DNA of 64,000 nucleotides, taken from Paramoeba atlantica. Taxonomy: Eukaryota > Protista > Discosea. The translations under genes and the position numbers were made by a program. Of the stretch, positions 22,571 through 33,196 are shown in pieces (the first letter of the stretch is position 1; each line of letters begins with the position of its first letter). The notes below the pieces were generated by a model. It was given only the letters and a program-made list of their open reading frames with translations. It searched no databases and had not been told where the DNA came from. The stretch lies in contig CDRNVI010000039.1 of NCBI GenBank assembly GCA_977017575.1, positions 682,001 to 746,000 on the forward strand. The letters run 5' to 3'.

Positions 22571-22934
22571 TATTTTCCTTCTATTCTTTTACTTTCCCGC
22601 CTCATTATCCCACAGAAACGGGATTACCGGTGTCGCACATTACAACGTAATTTAAATAAACAATGCTTTTATTAACAAAGCATAAATTAACAAAGTAATT
22701 AATTTTTACTGAAAATTGGTGAAAAATAACTAATAATTAATGTTTTTCTCAGGCCACGGTCCGGTATGGGATCTTTCGTGCAGACACCGTTGGAGACAAC
22801 ACCGGTCTCCTCAGAAGTTCGTCATTTAGTGGAAAATTACTCTACTAAAAAAAAATGAGACAAGCTCTGTAAAACGCCGAAAAACGTGGAGTGAGGAAGT
22901 TCAAAGTTTCCAGAGTCTATGCAAGAGGCATAAT

Positions 22935-23497
22935 TTGTCACAGGCCGTTCGCTCTTGGAATTTATCCCAGGAAAAGAAAATGAGTATGAACACCGCTTAC
23001 GTACTTCGTGGGCGCGATCCTATCGATCAGCGCGGAAGACCTCTGTTACTTACTGAATCTGAAAATGCAGAGTTATTGACAGCAATTAATTACTACAACG
23101 GCCAAAATCAATCTGTGGATACTCCGTTTGTCGCCAGTATTGCTAAAGGACTTCTTGACAAGACTCTGAAGTTTTAGAGGAGAACGGGGGCCCGTTTGTG
23201 GTAAGTGATTCATGGGATCGAAGCATGCAGATTCTTCATGCAAACAACTTTTCGTTCCGCGCTGCAACTTCCGACCGGCGTGTCACACCACCCGAAGTAA
23301 AGAAACAGGGTGAAATATTCTTTCGAGAATTGGAAAAGCATGCTCATGTTCGATGCGAACTCGTGTTTAACATGGACGAATTTTTTTGTCACCTTGATCA
23401 AAACAACCATAAATGGACTTGGGTGCGACCTAAAAAAGGCAAGCCAATTCAGATAGGGTCCTCACGCCTCGGCTTTACATGCAGAGTGATTTCATAA
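22935..23497 (+). pseudogene. pogo/Tigger-like transposase remnant (HTH region plus start of DDE domain)
   Basis: GRPLLLT..E..EL...I, then NFSFRAATS and the first catalytic motif LVFNMDE; broken by stops. Confidence 0.7.
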
Positions 23498-23738
23498 AAA
23501 AAAGTGCCGGAGAAAAAGTCGGACAACGAGGGCGTCCGAAAAAGCGCGGCAATCAACGATGCCGCCTACTGAAACGTTTCAAAAAAACAAAAGGAGATAT
23601 TAGCGAATCAAACCTGTATTTGATGAAAGGTTGTTTTGTATGAAACAGGTATGTTTCGACAAGTGGACCTTTGCTTCATGTTTACCATAGCAAGCGGAAC
23701 ATGTTCTCGTCTTCTTTCGAACAAGTACACGAAAGCAG

Positions 23739-24353
23739 ATGCTGTATTATCATTTTAATTACTCGTATTCTACGAAAGAAAGAACCTTGCAGCTATCTCT
23801 TAAAAGGCGCGAAGCTCGTGTCCACTTCAGTTCTTGTCTTTTAAGCGAAGATGCGGTTGTCCACAAGTCAATGTGGCCGAACTTAGTGTTTTCGGACGAG
23901 ACGTATTCTCAGGCAGGAGACACAGCACGAAAGAGTTGGCAAAGTCCTACGGACGGGGTCGCAATGAGTAAAACTCACCACCCCATTAGAGTGATGTTAT
24001 GGGGATCTATTGATAATGAAGGGAACATACTGTTTCATTTTCCCGAGTTTTATTCGCGTGACTCTATCCGTCGCCTGCTTCCGGCAAGAAAGCGAGAAGT
24101 TGTCCCTGATCAATTGAAACTTGGAAGTATTTATTACCGTAAAGAAATATTGGAGCCCAAGTGGCCTTACAGTTTAAATCACCAGAACGCCATACCCCCC
24201 CATTTGAACCACTGGGTTCCATTGGGGAGTATTCATTTTAGGCCCCGGTCCGGTTGGACGCCCGGTGCGCGAGCGCAACCCCGAATACTTCTTGCCCAAA
24301 TTGAAAAAAGAATTGCATCACCAGAAAATGTTACAAAAAAGGGCTGTACGTAA
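23739..24353 (+). pseudogene. Tc1/IS630-like transposase remnant
   Basis: LVFSDET followed by K..HP..VMLWGSI...G. Confidence 0.65.
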
Positions 24354-25211
24354 TGGGCTAAAGTGCTTTATGCTAAAATCGCGTCTTTCTGATATTGATT
24401 GTGTTTTCTTGATTCTAATTTCGATCTATTTTGATGGTTTTGGCTAGTCTTTATTTTTACGCTTTTCAAGAGTTTCAGTTTGTTGGGCTTAACGAATCTT
24501 GTAAACCCCATTTTTCATTTACAGTGATACTTGTGTTGGGCATCCTCTTGTTTGACACCTTTATTTATGGAGCGTAGTTTATTTCACTGGGCTGAACAAA
24601 GTTACATATCGAGATTCCGCGTAAAAAAATCTCACAAAACATTTTCTTACATACTAGAAACTAAAATTAACAATGCTTATTTAACAAAGCATAAATTAAC
24701 AAAGTAATTAATGTTTTCAAGCGAACTTTGTTAATAAATGTTATTGTTAGAAAATGCGTTACTGGTATTCCAATAACAAGGGTGCACAGCACCGTGATCG
24801 GCATTGTTACAGTGCTCGAGGACAGCTTAAAGTCACTCACCGCATACTTTTAGTAAGGAAGTATGAAGAAAACATTTGTGGGATAAATTATCAATTATCA
24901 TAATTGATGCCCACAAAAGCTCAGTATGCCCCGCAAATCGGTCAGAGTTGCCTTACCTGGGTAAGAGTGAGCTGACATTTCGAGGGCAGAAGAGGAAACT
25001 CCAGCGCGTATCGGGCTCGACAAGTCCACGGGGGGTCCCGGGGGTGGGGGTCCAGGGGGGGCATACATGTACGTCGCGAAATGTTTTTTTCAATTTTTTT
25101 GCTTTTTAAAATCGAGCGCTGGGAAGTGGTAGAGTATGCCGCGGCGATAATTTTCCACCCCTCCCACCACCTGGGGGTGACCCCCCCCCGGTACGCGCAG
25201 GAGGGGTCCGG

Positions 25212-25622
25212 CAAGCACACCAACGCACATGTGGAACCGGCTCTTTCATGCGTTCAGGGCCGGACATAGTAATCCATTGGCCAGCTGGTGATATACATGT
25301 ATACTATGACTTCACTGTAATTCACAAAATGTCGTCCTCAAATCTAGGTAAAACGGGGATGCGCCTTATGAAGGATGCAATCAGTCGTAAAACGAAAGCC
25401 TACGTCAACACAGGCTTGATCTCACAAGAACAATTCGTATGCATTCCTGCTTTCGGGTGGAGCCCTCCACAACAACACGAAGCTCCTCCTCAAGTCTCTT
25501 GTCGATGTATGCAGATTGAGACGAGAGGAAGTTGTCCAGGATTTCGCCCTACAGCTACAGGAATTGAACGGCGTGGTAATGTTCTCCCAGCTGCGGAAGT
25601 ATCTCGGCGCACGAGTGGGTGA
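25212..25622 (+). mobile_element. CRE-clade endonuclease fragment, same family as 60676-61539
   Basis: QRTCGTGSFMRSGPDIVIHW...YYDFTVIH versus EKTCGGRSFHRSGPDIVIYW...YYDLTVIH. Confidence 0.8.
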
Positions 25623-25953
25623 GATCGGTGAGTTTTAGATAAGCGTTTTTTATCAGGATACAAGTTCGAAAATTCCGAAATTTTTGGGGTGACCCCCCAA
25701 AACAAAATTGACCGAAAAAAAAGTGAAAACAAGATTTTTCCGAAATCGATTCCTAAAACGTATTTTGAGAGTTTGAGACCTCAGCTACCATTCTACGACG
25801 TTTTTTTCGTCAGATTCGCCTCCTATCCCTACTGGTAAGGCATCAAAAACGGCTTGAAACGTGGGGTAAAATTTCGCAATTGTCGCAAAAAAATCGATCT
25901 TTTTCACCCAAAGAATAGATTCTTCATGATGTTTTGGTGATTGTTCTTTTTTA

Positions 25954-26048
25954 GTCGCTTTGTTAAACGCGGAGGTAGTTTTCAACGCTAAGCGCGCACC
26001 ATGAATGGCTTCTATGTTGAAAACAACCACCGCGTTTAACGAAGCGAC
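25954..26048. mobile_element. 95-bp fold-back MITE (variant termini GTCG/CGAC), TA-flanked
   Basis: TA|GTCGCTTTGTTAAACGCGG ... CCGCGTTTAACGAAGCGAC|TA. Confidence 0.85.
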
Positions 26049-26252
26049 TATTATTAATGGCAGGAGTATACAAATTATAAACATGCAGATGAAGCGGAGT
26101 TTGTGGTAATAATTTTACAGTTGGAGTCTGCAGTAGTAAAACTCTAGTTGTTACCTTTAGCATGATCTACAAATCTCTATAATGGCCTTTCAACTTTGAG
26201 CACAATAGAATTGCGAGCACGCCTATTTTCCAAGAGGACCAATTAGTCGTAC

Positions 26253-26678
26253 TTACAATGGACATTCAGGATGTGGTATTCTCATTTCCTTTGGAATTTC
26301 CTCTTCAATTTCTTTCAGCAAAGCTGCAAACTCGTGGTGGGGCAGCCTAAACCTCCAATATTCCCTATGAATCATGAACTGAGCTTGCGTGTAGGCTGAC
26401 TTTCCCTTTGCACAAATAGCAGATATCCATCTATCAGGCATCCAAATCAGAAATATTGCAGTTAAACATGCATAGGGGACCCATTTTCTCATGAAAAGCG
26501 GAGGCTTGCTGCACATTTTATTTCTTGAAAGCGCACTGTGCATGCGCAGTTCCGCTTCAAGCTCATGGGTTATTGAATCCACACTGTGTCGTACATCGCA
26601 TTCTCTTTTTCGGTTTGACTTTGTGAAAGCAACTACCATACCAACGAAAAGTCTAAAAACTGTAGTGACAAACTCCAA
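26253..26678 (-). CDS. Hypothetical protein with one hydrophobic segment
   Basis: Isolated ORF with gene-like composition (KWVPYACLTAIFLIWMPDRW); start uncertain. Confidence 0.5.
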   Translation of the reverse strand: MEFVTTVFRLFVGMVVAFTKSNRKRECDVRHSVDSITHELEAELRMHSALSRNKMCSKPPLFMRKWVPYACLTAIFLIWMPDRWISAICAKGKSAYTQAQFMIHREYWRFRLPHHEFAALLKEIEEEIPKEMRIPHPECPL

Positions 26679-26757
26679 AAAGTATCTCTAAGTTCTAAAA
26701 ACGCTAAAAGGGGTATCTAAAAAAAGACTCTTGTGTAACTTCTGCTGCTTAGTATTA

Positions 26758-26927
26758 CTATCCCCCCCCCCTATCCTAGCGTTGCCTGGTTTTGGGAAAA
26801 AGCAACGCTAGGAGGGGGGGTCAAAAAAAATCGCCACTTCGCCGCAAGAGAGTCTTGAAGAGACAGTCTAAAAAACAACGCTAATGAGGGGGGGTACTGA
26901 GGCAACGCTAGGCTAGGGCGGGTATAG
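26758..26927. mobile_element. 170-bp MITE, TA duplication, internal CAACGCTA repeats
   Basis: TA|CTATCCCCCCCCCCTATCCTAGCGTTGCCT ... AGGCAACGCTAGGCTAGGGCGGGTATAG|TA. Confidence 0.8.
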
Positions 26928-27767
26928 TACTAGTAAAATTAATTGCGGTGGTTGTAAAACTACCGCTCTACACTCGATTATTGATAAAAAAGTGAACAAA
27001 AACAGTGAAAATATAAAGAGGAACACAGTAATATAATAGAAGAAAAAAATATAAAAGGGGGCTCCGGTGGTCCAAAACTGAAAATTTTTTTTGAAAAAAA
27101 TGGGGGGTCCATGGGGGGGGTCCATGGGGGGGGTCCAGGGGGGGGGTCCAGGGGGGGGGTCCAGGGGGGGGGGGGCATGGTCGAGCAAATTTTTTCGAAA
27201 AAATTAGTTTTCGAAAAAAAACCGCAGAAAGGGTAGCCGGGGTCTTGGCGCGCATTTTCCACCCCCCTACCCGGGGTTGACCCCCCCGCGTATCCGCAGG
27301 ACGGGTCCGCCAAGTTCGGAATTTTTCGGAAAAAATTTTTTGAAAAAAATTTCAACTTGGCGAAAAAAATGACAAAAAAAATATTTTTCCAAAATCGTTT
27401 CCCCTATTGTATTTTGATAGTTTGGGACCTACACTAGCTTTCTACGCAGTTGTTTTCGCAAGGTATCACTTCTTCGAACTGTGGTGCGCCCCTCAAAATG
27501 ACCCATTTTTGACTAAAAAAGGTGAAAAAGTATTTTTCGGACCCAAAGGGGCATTTTTGTGTCGAAAGAATGGTATGGTTGGAGTCGCATTCTCTACCCA
27601 ATACGTTCGGTAGGCTTTCATTCATGCCTGCGAGTGATTTCCCACGCGCAAATGTCGGATTTAGTGCTCTGAGAGCAAAAATATGCGAAAATGACCCCAT
27701 TTGTACCCGAAATTCGGCTATTTTTGGCTATAATCTTTCCGTTTTCCCGGCTAAATTTTCTTTTTTA

Positions 27768-27862
27768 GGCTCTTCGTTAAACGCGGCGGTAGTTTTCAAC
27801 GCGAAGCGCGCAGCACGAGTGACTTCTAAGTTGAAAGCAACCACCGCGTTTAACGAAGAGCC
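27768..27862. mobile_element. 95-bp fold-back MITE, TA-flanked
   Basis: TA|GGCTCTTCGTTAAACGCGG ... CCGCGTTTAACGAAGAGCC|TA; further copies at 28419-28513 and a half copy from 30686. Confidence 0.88.
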
Positions 27863-27976
27863 TAAAAAAGAATTTGAAAAATTATAATACTATAAGCGAC
27901 TTTCGTAGACTAAAAGTTAGTACTAGAAATTTGCACATTTTATGAAAGCTGCGCATCTTAAAAATATGATAATAGT

Positions 27977-28044
27977 CTTATTGGTGCGGAGGGGTTGTAC
28001 AAGCAACCCCCAGTTGTACCAGCAAACCCCTCCGCACCAATAAG
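27977..28044. repeat. 68-bp hairpin with perfect 20-bp arms
   Basis: CTTATTGGTGCGGAGGGGTT ... AACCCCTCCGCACCAATAAG. Confidence 0.85.
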
Positions 28045-29553
28045 GCACCCACCAGCCAAGCATCCTTTTCAGCCAAGTGTCCGTTCGGGCTGTTTTTTGT
28101 TATATTTTTCAGATCTCAACACAAAGACTTTGCGCGTGAAGAAATGAGACAAAAAGAAACGAATACGTACATTTTAGAGAGAGATTACCATTTTGTCAGT
28201 TTTTCTCCGCTACTCGCCACACCGCTTTACCCTCGATTATTGAAAAAAAGTGAACAAAAACAGTGGAAATATAAAGAGGAACACAGTAATATAATAGAAG
28301 AAAAAAAAATAAAAGGGGGCTCCGGCAGTCTAAAACTGAAAAATTGAAAAAAATGGGGGGTCCAGGGGGGGTCCAGGAGGTGTGTCCAGGGGGGGTCTAG
28401 GCCAAATTTTCTTTTTTAGGATCTTCGTTAAACGCGGTGGTAGTTTTCAACGCGAAGCGCGCAGCATGAGTGACTTCTAAGTTGAAAACATCCACCGCGT
28501 TTAACGAAGAGCCTAAAAATATAAAAGGGGGCTCCGGTGGTCCAAAACTGAAAAACAAATTGAAAACAATGGGGGGTCCGTGGGGCGGCTGTAGGGGTGG
28601 GGTCTATGGAGGGGCCAGGGGGGTCTAGGGGGGGCATACCGCACGAATTTTTTTTTTCGAAAAAATACCGCAGAAGGGGTAGCCGGGGTCTTGGTGCGCA
28701 TTTTCCATCCCCTACCCGGGGGTGACTCCCCCTCGTATGCGCAGGACGGGTCCGACAAGTTCGGATTTTTTTGGAAAAAAAATTGTAAAGAAGTTCAACT
28801 TGGCGAAAAAAATGGTAGAAAAAAATATGTTTTTAAAATCGATTCCCTTGTTGTATTTGTTAGTTTGTGACCTATACTAGCTATTTACGCCGCTGTTTTC
28901 GCAAGATATCCCTTCTTGTAGCCGTGGTATGTCTTCCGAAATGACCTATTTTTGACCAAAAAAGGTGAAAAAGGATTTTTCGGACCCCAAGGGACCTTCT
29001 TGTGTCGAAAGAATGGTGTGGTTGGAGTCGTATTCTCTACCCAAAACGTTCGGTAGGCTTTGACTCATTCCTACGAGTGATTTCCCACACGTAAATGAGG
29101 GAGTTGCTATGCCCTGTCCATGGTATTTAGGGGAACTGCAACTCCCCATTATCTCGGCGTAGTAAGCACGCCTTGGCTTGCCTGACACTTCCGAAATATA
29201 TTTTCGGTTCATTTCGTAGCCCAGTCGCTTCCCACTCAAGGGGCCCGCTCCCACAACCGAGTGATCTCCCCGGCAGCACAGTTTTACCCATGCGTCGAGA
29301 AGGCTGGGGTGTGAGACCAGGGTACATTTGTAGAAAATTTTCGGAAGAAGAAATACGAAGGAGACTTTACTGTATAATGGAGTAGAAAACTTTGAGCGCA
29401 ATAGAACAAAGGGTTGGCGTAAACTTTTGGTCAAAGTTTTTTTTGGGGGGGGAATTTACTTTCTTTGCCATTCCTCATGCTATCCACTCATAAATTTTAT
29501 TAATTACTCTTGATTCGTGTATTTGTTTCCTTTTGTTACGCTTTCTATAATTC

Positions 29554-30057
29554 TTACATAGGGTCTACATGTACATGGCCAGCTCTTGGAGCTGAGCTCA
29601 GGAGTCCTTCTTTTATGTCATAATTATGCTCTTCTCGGGTCAACCCGTCCGCTGGGTTTTCTTTAGATTTAATATAGAAAATTCGAAAAGAATGTCCATG
29701 TTTCCCTATCTGTTCATCCATTTCCGTGATCTTATTACATATCGATCTCCTAACTGATGTACGCCCCGATTCTGATGGTATTTCACTCTGGTGAAACCAG
29801 TGTCGCATATCAGCGGATAAAAAGTTTACGTTGGGGAAATTTTCTATTACATGGATAATTTCAGCGATAGCTGGAAAATTCAAGCAAGGAGGGCGATTGC
29901 ACATCTCATTTAGTGGTGTTCCATCCGCAATACTTCTTGACAATTCCTCCCCTTTTGATGCCTCAAAGTAACGTAAATATAAACGTGATGATGATCGAGA
30001 GTCGTGTGCCACACGTAGCACCCCGCATTCCACGAGGTCTAATAAATGTTGTAACAA
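29554..30057 (-). mobile_element. Internally deleted RT/RNase H remnant of a DIRS-type YR retrotransposon (third family)
   Basis: LVECGVL, RSIADGTPLN, SADMRHWFHQ joined directly to the RNase H end YIKSKENPADGLTR. Confidence 0.8.
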
Positions 30058-30059
30058 TG

Positions 30060-30315
30060 GGCCTCGTTACAGAGGATGAATATATAAATGCAACGGCAAG
30101 TGTGCCCCGAAGGACACGGAGCCCATGGGCCTCCCAGCACGAATGCTGGGGCGGTGGTACCCCGAAGGGTACGGAGCCCATGGGGCTCGTTACAGAGGAT
30201 GAATAAATGCAACGGCAAGTGTGTCCCGAAGGAAACGGAGCCCATGAGCCTCCCAGCACGAATGCTGGGGCGGTGGTACCCAGAAGGGTACGGAGCCCAT
30301 GGTCCTCGTTACAGA
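30060..30315. repeat. About 120-bp tandem repeat (about 2.1 copies) with three hairpins per unit
   Basis: CTCGTTACAGAG at 30064, 30186 and 30305; the minus strand carries C(TTCG)G-capped stems. Confidence 0.85.
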
Positions 30316-30482
30316 GACTGGAGTATTGCCAGGCCGGGGCCAAGCGAATTGATGCGTGACATTTGCAGGCGTGTAAGATTGTTTAGTTAAATGGAGCTAA
30401 ATGTAGTAGTTCTACTGGATACTAGAAACAAGTAGTTCAGTTATATTCTTAAGTTCATAATCGTGCTATAGTTGTGTTGAAA

Positions 30483-30553
30483 TCTTCACCCTCACACTCC
30501 GCCTAATATGGCGGTGCCGGGCTTGGGACCGGTAACAAACGTGTTTATGAAGA
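30483..30553 (-). ncRNA. Twister ribozyme, type P1 with P5 stem
   Basis: TCTTCA-TAA-ACAC-GT-TTGTTA-CCGG-TCCCAAGC-CCGG-CA-CCGCC(ATATTA)GGCGG-A-GTGT-GAGGG-TGAAGA. P1, P2, P4, P5, both pseudoknots and the catalytic G are all present. Confidence 0.9.
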
Positions 30554-31041
30554 GTGATAATGTCGGATTCAGTGCTCTGAGAGCAAAAATACGCGAAAAA
30601 CACCCCATTTTTACCCGAAAATCTGCTACTTTTGGCGCAAATCCTTCAGTTTTCTTCAGCTTTCCAGGTCAAATTTTCTTTTTTAGGCTCTTCGTTAAAC
30701 GCGGAGGTAGTTTTCAACGCGAAGCACGCAGCATGAGTGACTTCTTTTGAAATTGTGCAACACTTTCAAAAGTTGCAAAAAAAAATCACAAATTTTTGCG
30801 AACGCAGTAATAGGTCATGTTTGGCAGCAATTAAGAAGAGATCAACGAAGTCAGATGGGATCAACATTCTATTTCTATTTCTATTTGTCAGGCCGTTTGT
30901 CCAACTAGGGATATGGCCTCACCAGAGAAGGCTGGTACGCCCCTTCCAAGATTACTTTGGTGTCTGTTGTGCTCAGTCCGATCGAGAAAAGTCATCGAGT
31001 CAGCGACTGATTGGCGTGCACTAAGAACACCGATGAACCGT

Positions 31042-31278
31042 ACCCTAGTTGCCTGTTGTCTGGTTATCTTGACACCGGGTGGTTCACCACGAGAAAGATC
31101 GCTACCCTAGTTGTTTAGTGCCTTGTTATGTTGGCACCGGGCAGTCTCTTTACAAAAATATTCCTAACACCCTAGTTATTTAACGTCTCGTTTTGTTGAC
31201 GCCGGGTGCTGGAATTTCAGAAAGCGATAGTGTACGCTCACCCTAGTCCTTTAGCGTCTCGTTATGTTGACGCCGGGT
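31042..31278 (-). ncRNA. Array of four structured hairpin motifs of unknown family
   Basis: 38-bp cores at 31042, 31104, 31169 and 31240, separated by 24, 27 and 33 bp of unique sequence; covarying 5-bp inner stems. Confidence 0.7.
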
Positions 31279-31329
31279 GAGTTAGCTCGGGAGGCTGGGA
31301 TCGCTAAGTCCCATCATCCGACATAAGCC

Positions 31330-31425
31330 GGATGCTCTGATTGCTCTGGCAGATGCATGTGGGATGATGCGCAAGCGCATCTATGCCGAATTTCAGCTGC
31401 TGCTACAGGAACTCAATGGGGAGGT
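31330..31425 (+). mobile_element. Short CRE-clade endonuclease C-terminal fragment
   Basis: ALADACGMMRKRIYAEFQLLLQELNG matches ALADACGMQRKRVYAEFQLLLQELNG of 60676-61539. Confidence 0.85.
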
Positions 31426-32059
31426 GGTTTATTCACAACTCAGTGAATACCTCCACAAGGATGGTAAAAGTCGCGCTTGTGCGTTCTAAGATGTGTAACG
31501 GTGTGCCGCCTGGGATCAACATTGAATTGAAACAGTTATTAAATTTTCTAAAAAAGACGGAAATAGCAGTTAAACCACATTAAGTATCTACCAAAAAGAA
31601 CCCTGCAGATCCGATAAGTCGTCAATAAATATTCGCCCTTGGGAAATAAACAAAAAAAAAGAGAGAGGTGGATGGCGGGTTAGGGCATTCTATATAACAA
31701 CGAGCTAAAGGGACAGAACAATGACTGGCGAAAGGGTGGTCCCCGCGTGGACACTCGTTCGCGTAAGGAAGAGATAAATCTCTTGGCGGTGGAGTTCAGT
31801 GTTGATATGTTTTATTGGTTATCTTGTTGCGGTGGTTGTATAACTACCGCTCTACCCTCGATTATAGAAAGTATCTCCCCGCACGAGAAACGCCTTAGCG
31901 CTTGCTGGCTCGGAGACGAACTTGGTGCGGGGAGATACCATTTCTTTTCAGTGGGAATCTGCCACGCCTGTTGCTTCGTATCTCCCTCGCCCCTTTCAAT
32001 CTGGGTTATCTCCCAGCTGGCCACCTTTCCATAACATGGCGATCTGTAACAACACTCTC

Positions 32060-32710
32060 TAAATGGAACACCAGTGCAGCCACTGGTGGCGCACGGTCTC
32101 TCATGTGGGTGTTTCATGTGCAGCCACCTGCACCCACGTTCCACTCTAGCTACACACTGCATCAATACAGTCACCGCCTCACGTGGCAGTACACTTACTC
32201 TCGCACTTGCCACTGTAGCTACATTGCATTACTTCAGTCACTTCCTCACGTGGCAGTGCACTTACTCTCACACTGCAGTCACTGACTCTCTCACGCGCCA
32301 CTGCATCTGCACTGCGTTCACTGCCTCACGTGGCAGTACACTTACTCTCTCACGTGCCACTGCATCTACACTGCGTTCACTGCCTCACGTGGCAGTACAC
32401 TTAGAGTACTCTTTCACGTACCACTGTACTTACAGTGGTAGTGCACTTACTCTCGCACGTGCCACTGCAGCTGCACTGCATCACTGCAGTCACTTCCTCA
32501 CGTGGCAGTGCTCTTACTCTCTCACGCGCCTCTGCAGCTGCACTGCATCAATACAGTCACTGCCTCCCGTGGCAGTACACTAACTCTCTCAAGTGCCACT
32601 GCAGCTGCACTGCATCACTGCAGTCACTTCCTCACGTGGCGGTGCACTTACTCTCGCACATGCCACTGCAGCTACACTGCCGTCACTGACTTTCTCACGC
32701 GCCACTGTAT
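32060..32710. repeat. Degenerate minisatellite built from CACTGC / CTCACGTGGCAGT / CTTACTCTC units
   Basis: Recurrent imperfect units of about 55-60 bp. Confidence 0.8.
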
Positions 32711-32742
32711 CTACAATAAAAATTCCCGCTCACGTCTGTGGC

Positions 32743-32839
32743 CTCCTTTAACCCTGCTTATAGTATAAGCAGGGCAATAATATACCGGTCCAAAGCCCGG
32801 GACCCACAAGGACACAGTGGGGAATGGTGATGGAAGGAG
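32743..32839 (+). ncRNA. Second, slightly degenerate twister ribozyme
   Basis: CTCCTT-TAA-CCCT-GC...A-CCGG-TCCAAAGC-CCGG-P5(CCCAC/GTGGG)-ATGGT-GATGG-AAGGAG. T1 pseudoknot is CCA/TGG instead of CCC/GGG; P2 is imperfect. Confidence 0.65.
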
Positions 32840-32886
32840 CGAAATAGAAAAGCTAGTCCAAGAAGGTTTGGGTATGAATCCTTACA

Positions 32887-32980
32887 GGGTACGTTCGTTG
32901 AGTACTCAACGAAAATCCGACGGTTCGTTGAGTACTCAACGAAAATCAGGTTTTTCGTTGAGAACTCGACGAACGTACCC
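32887..32980. repeat. 94-bp fold-back unit with three 20-bp palindromes at 30-bp spacing
   Basis: TTCGTTGAGTACTCAACGAA at 32894 and 32924, degenerate at 32954; ends GGGTACGTTCG / CGAACGTACCC. Confidence 0.85.
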
Positions 32981-33012
32981 CCAAGCCGTGTAGATGTCAT
33001 TCTGACAACGCA

Positions 33013-33077
33013 GAATGGGTGGCACCGCCCGGTACCGAATATAACAAGGTACTAAGAAACTTGGGTGGGTGCCATTC
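33013..33077 (+). ncRNA. Single copy of the unknown hairpin motif (homologous to 38567-38627)
   Basis: GCCC-G-GTACC-GAATATAACAA-GGTAC-TAAGAAACTT-GGGT; lower stem GGCAC/GTGCC versus GACAC/GTGTC in the other copy. Confidence 0.7.
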
Positions 33078-33196
33078 GAGATAAAATTTTATATCCAATT
33101 GGCACTCCTGTATACACCACACAGGGGTGAAAACTTCCATCTGGGCGGGTGTCTAAAATTTGTAAAATACAAATAAATAAACTTAGAATTTTTCAA

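Larger units (their letters stand above)
26930..29090. repeat. Two-plus copies of a dispersed non-coding repeat with GGGGGGTCC(A/G) runs; other pieces at about 25030-25210, 25620-25780 and 30556-30685
   Basis: About 26950-27660 aligns segmentally with about 28205-29090. Confidence 0.8.

Noticed and set aside
31042-31278. CRISPR interpretation of the 38-bp repeat and unique-spacer arrays
   Set aside because: Repeats are too divergent, spacer lengths vary from 24 to 37 bp and the spacers base-pair to form lower stems; kept instead as a structured-RNA finding.
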